Source: Mobula hypostoma (lineage: Eukaryota). Taken from it: DNA of 64,000 bases. The notes beneath the pieces were generated by a model. It did not search any database, was not told the DNA's origin, and was given only the letters and a program-made list of their open reading frames with translations. The stretch lies in contig NC_086097.1 of assembly GCF_963921235.1 (NCBI RefSeq), positions 56,174,001-56,238,000 on the forward strand, given 5' to 3'. This document shows positions 62,560 through 64,000 of the stretch, piece by piece (position 1 is the stretch's first letter; each line of letters starts with the position of its first letter). The translations under genes were made by a program, and so were the position numbers.

Positions 62560-64000
62560 GCAGATTGGAGGATTGGCATATTGCTCATGTTGTTCCATTG
62601 TTTAAAAAGGGTTCTAAGAGTAAACCTAGCAATTATCGGCCTGTGAGTTTTATGTCAGTGGTGGGTAAATTGATGGAAAGTATTCTTAGAGATGGTATAT
62701 ATAATTATCTGGATAGACAGGGTCTGATTAGGAACAGTCAACATGGATTTGTGTGTGGAAGGTCATGTTTGACAAATCTTATTGAACTTTTCGATGAGGT
62801 TACTAGGAAAGTTGACTAGGGTAAAGCAGTGGATGTTGTCTATATGGACTTCAGTAAGGCCTTTGACAAGGTTCCACACAGAAGGTTGGTTAGGAAGGTT
62901 CAATCGTTAGGCATTAATATCAAAGTGGTAAAATGGATTCAGCAGTGGCTGGATGGGAGATGCCAGAGAGTAGTGGTGGATAACTGTTTGTCAGATTGGC
63001 AGCCGGTGACTAGTGGTGTTCCTCAGGGATCTGTACTGGGTCCAATGTTGTTTGTCATATATACTAACGATCTGGATGATGGGGTGGTAAATTGGATTAG
63101 TAAGTATGCAGATGAAACTAAGATAGGAGGCATTGTGGATAATGAAGTGGGTTTTCAAAGCTTGCAGAGTGATTTAGGCCTGTTAGCAGAGTGGACTGAA
63201 AGATGGCAGATGGAGTTTAATGCTGAAAAATGTGAGGTGCTACATTTTGGTAGGACTAATCAAAATAGGACATACATGGTAAATTTTTAGATTTTTTAGA
63301 TTATGAAGACACGCAGTTCTCTTTTATTGTCATTTAGTAATGCATGCATTAAGAAATGATACAATATTTCCTCTGGTGTGATATCACAAAACACAGGACA
63401 GACCAAGATTGAAAAAACTAACAAAACCACATCATTATAACATATAGTTACAACAGTGCAACAATACCATAACTTGATGAAGAACAGTCCATGGCACAGT
63501 AAAAAGTTCAAAGTCTCTCAAATGTCCCACATCTCACGGGGACAGGAGAAGGAAGAAAAACTCTCCCTGCCATGCCTGACCATAGTCCGATTCTGAGTCA
63601 TCCGAAAACTTCGAGCCTCCGATCAGCTCTCCGACACTGAGTACTGAGCGCCATCTCTGTCCGAATGATTCGACCTCAATCTTGGTCGCCAACAGCAGGC
63701 AAAGCCAGGGATTTTGAGGCCTTCCCGCTGGAAGATTCCCGACCGCGCAGCAACAACAGCAGCGAACTGGCGTTTCAGAAATTTCTCCAGATGTTCCTCT
63801 GTGCTTTCACATCGGTCTCCATCAAATCAGAATTGTCCACGGCACCTATTCAACGGATACAATATCATTTTTCACCGGAGAGCTGCGCACGCGCCAATTG
63901 GTAGGGCATTGAAGAATGCGTAGAACAGAGGGATCTAGGAATAATGGTGCATAGTTCCCTGAAGGTGGAATCTCATGTGGGTAGGGGGATGAAGAAAGAT
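62560..64000 (+). mobile_element. CR1 RT region interrupted by a ~0.6-kb minus-strand repeat (63286-63895)
   Basis: NYRPVS, YMDFSKAFDKVPH, GVPQGSVLGP, SKYADE; CR1 resumes at AATTGGTAGGGCATTG 63896. Confidence 0.9.

Overview
Eukaryotic, intron-rich vertebrate DNA. The repeat content (CR1, Rex1/Babar, Penelope-like remnants, V-/Deu-SINEs) suggests a cartilaginous fish, probably a ray; this is inference. The window holds a complete EXOC5 (Sec10) gene on the minus strand: 18 coding exons from 56796 down to 2637, all with GT-AG introns, summing to 2127 nt (708 aa + TGA). Head-to-head with it, 383 bp apart ATG-to-ATG across a CpG-rich bidirectional promoter, are the first four coding exons of AP5M1 (plus strand, continuing beyond the window). 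The introns are full of decayed transposons. Most notable non-coding signals: (1) a family of short Penelope-derived elements carrying minimal hammerhead-ribozyme motifs (CUGANGA...GAAAC GUC), with one apparently intact copy flanked by a 13-bp target duplication, several fold-back copies, and no intact core on the EXOC5 sense strand; (2) a near-identical inverted CR1 pair placed symmetrically around exons 4-9, a candidate 585-nt stop-free circRNA; (3) a Tigger element with a segment resembling mammalian MER2; (4) a solo LTR with its poly(A) signal in a hairpin loop; (5) a candidate poison exon. I see no prokaryotic-type system. Exon boundaries were read base by base; transposon boundaries are approximate.
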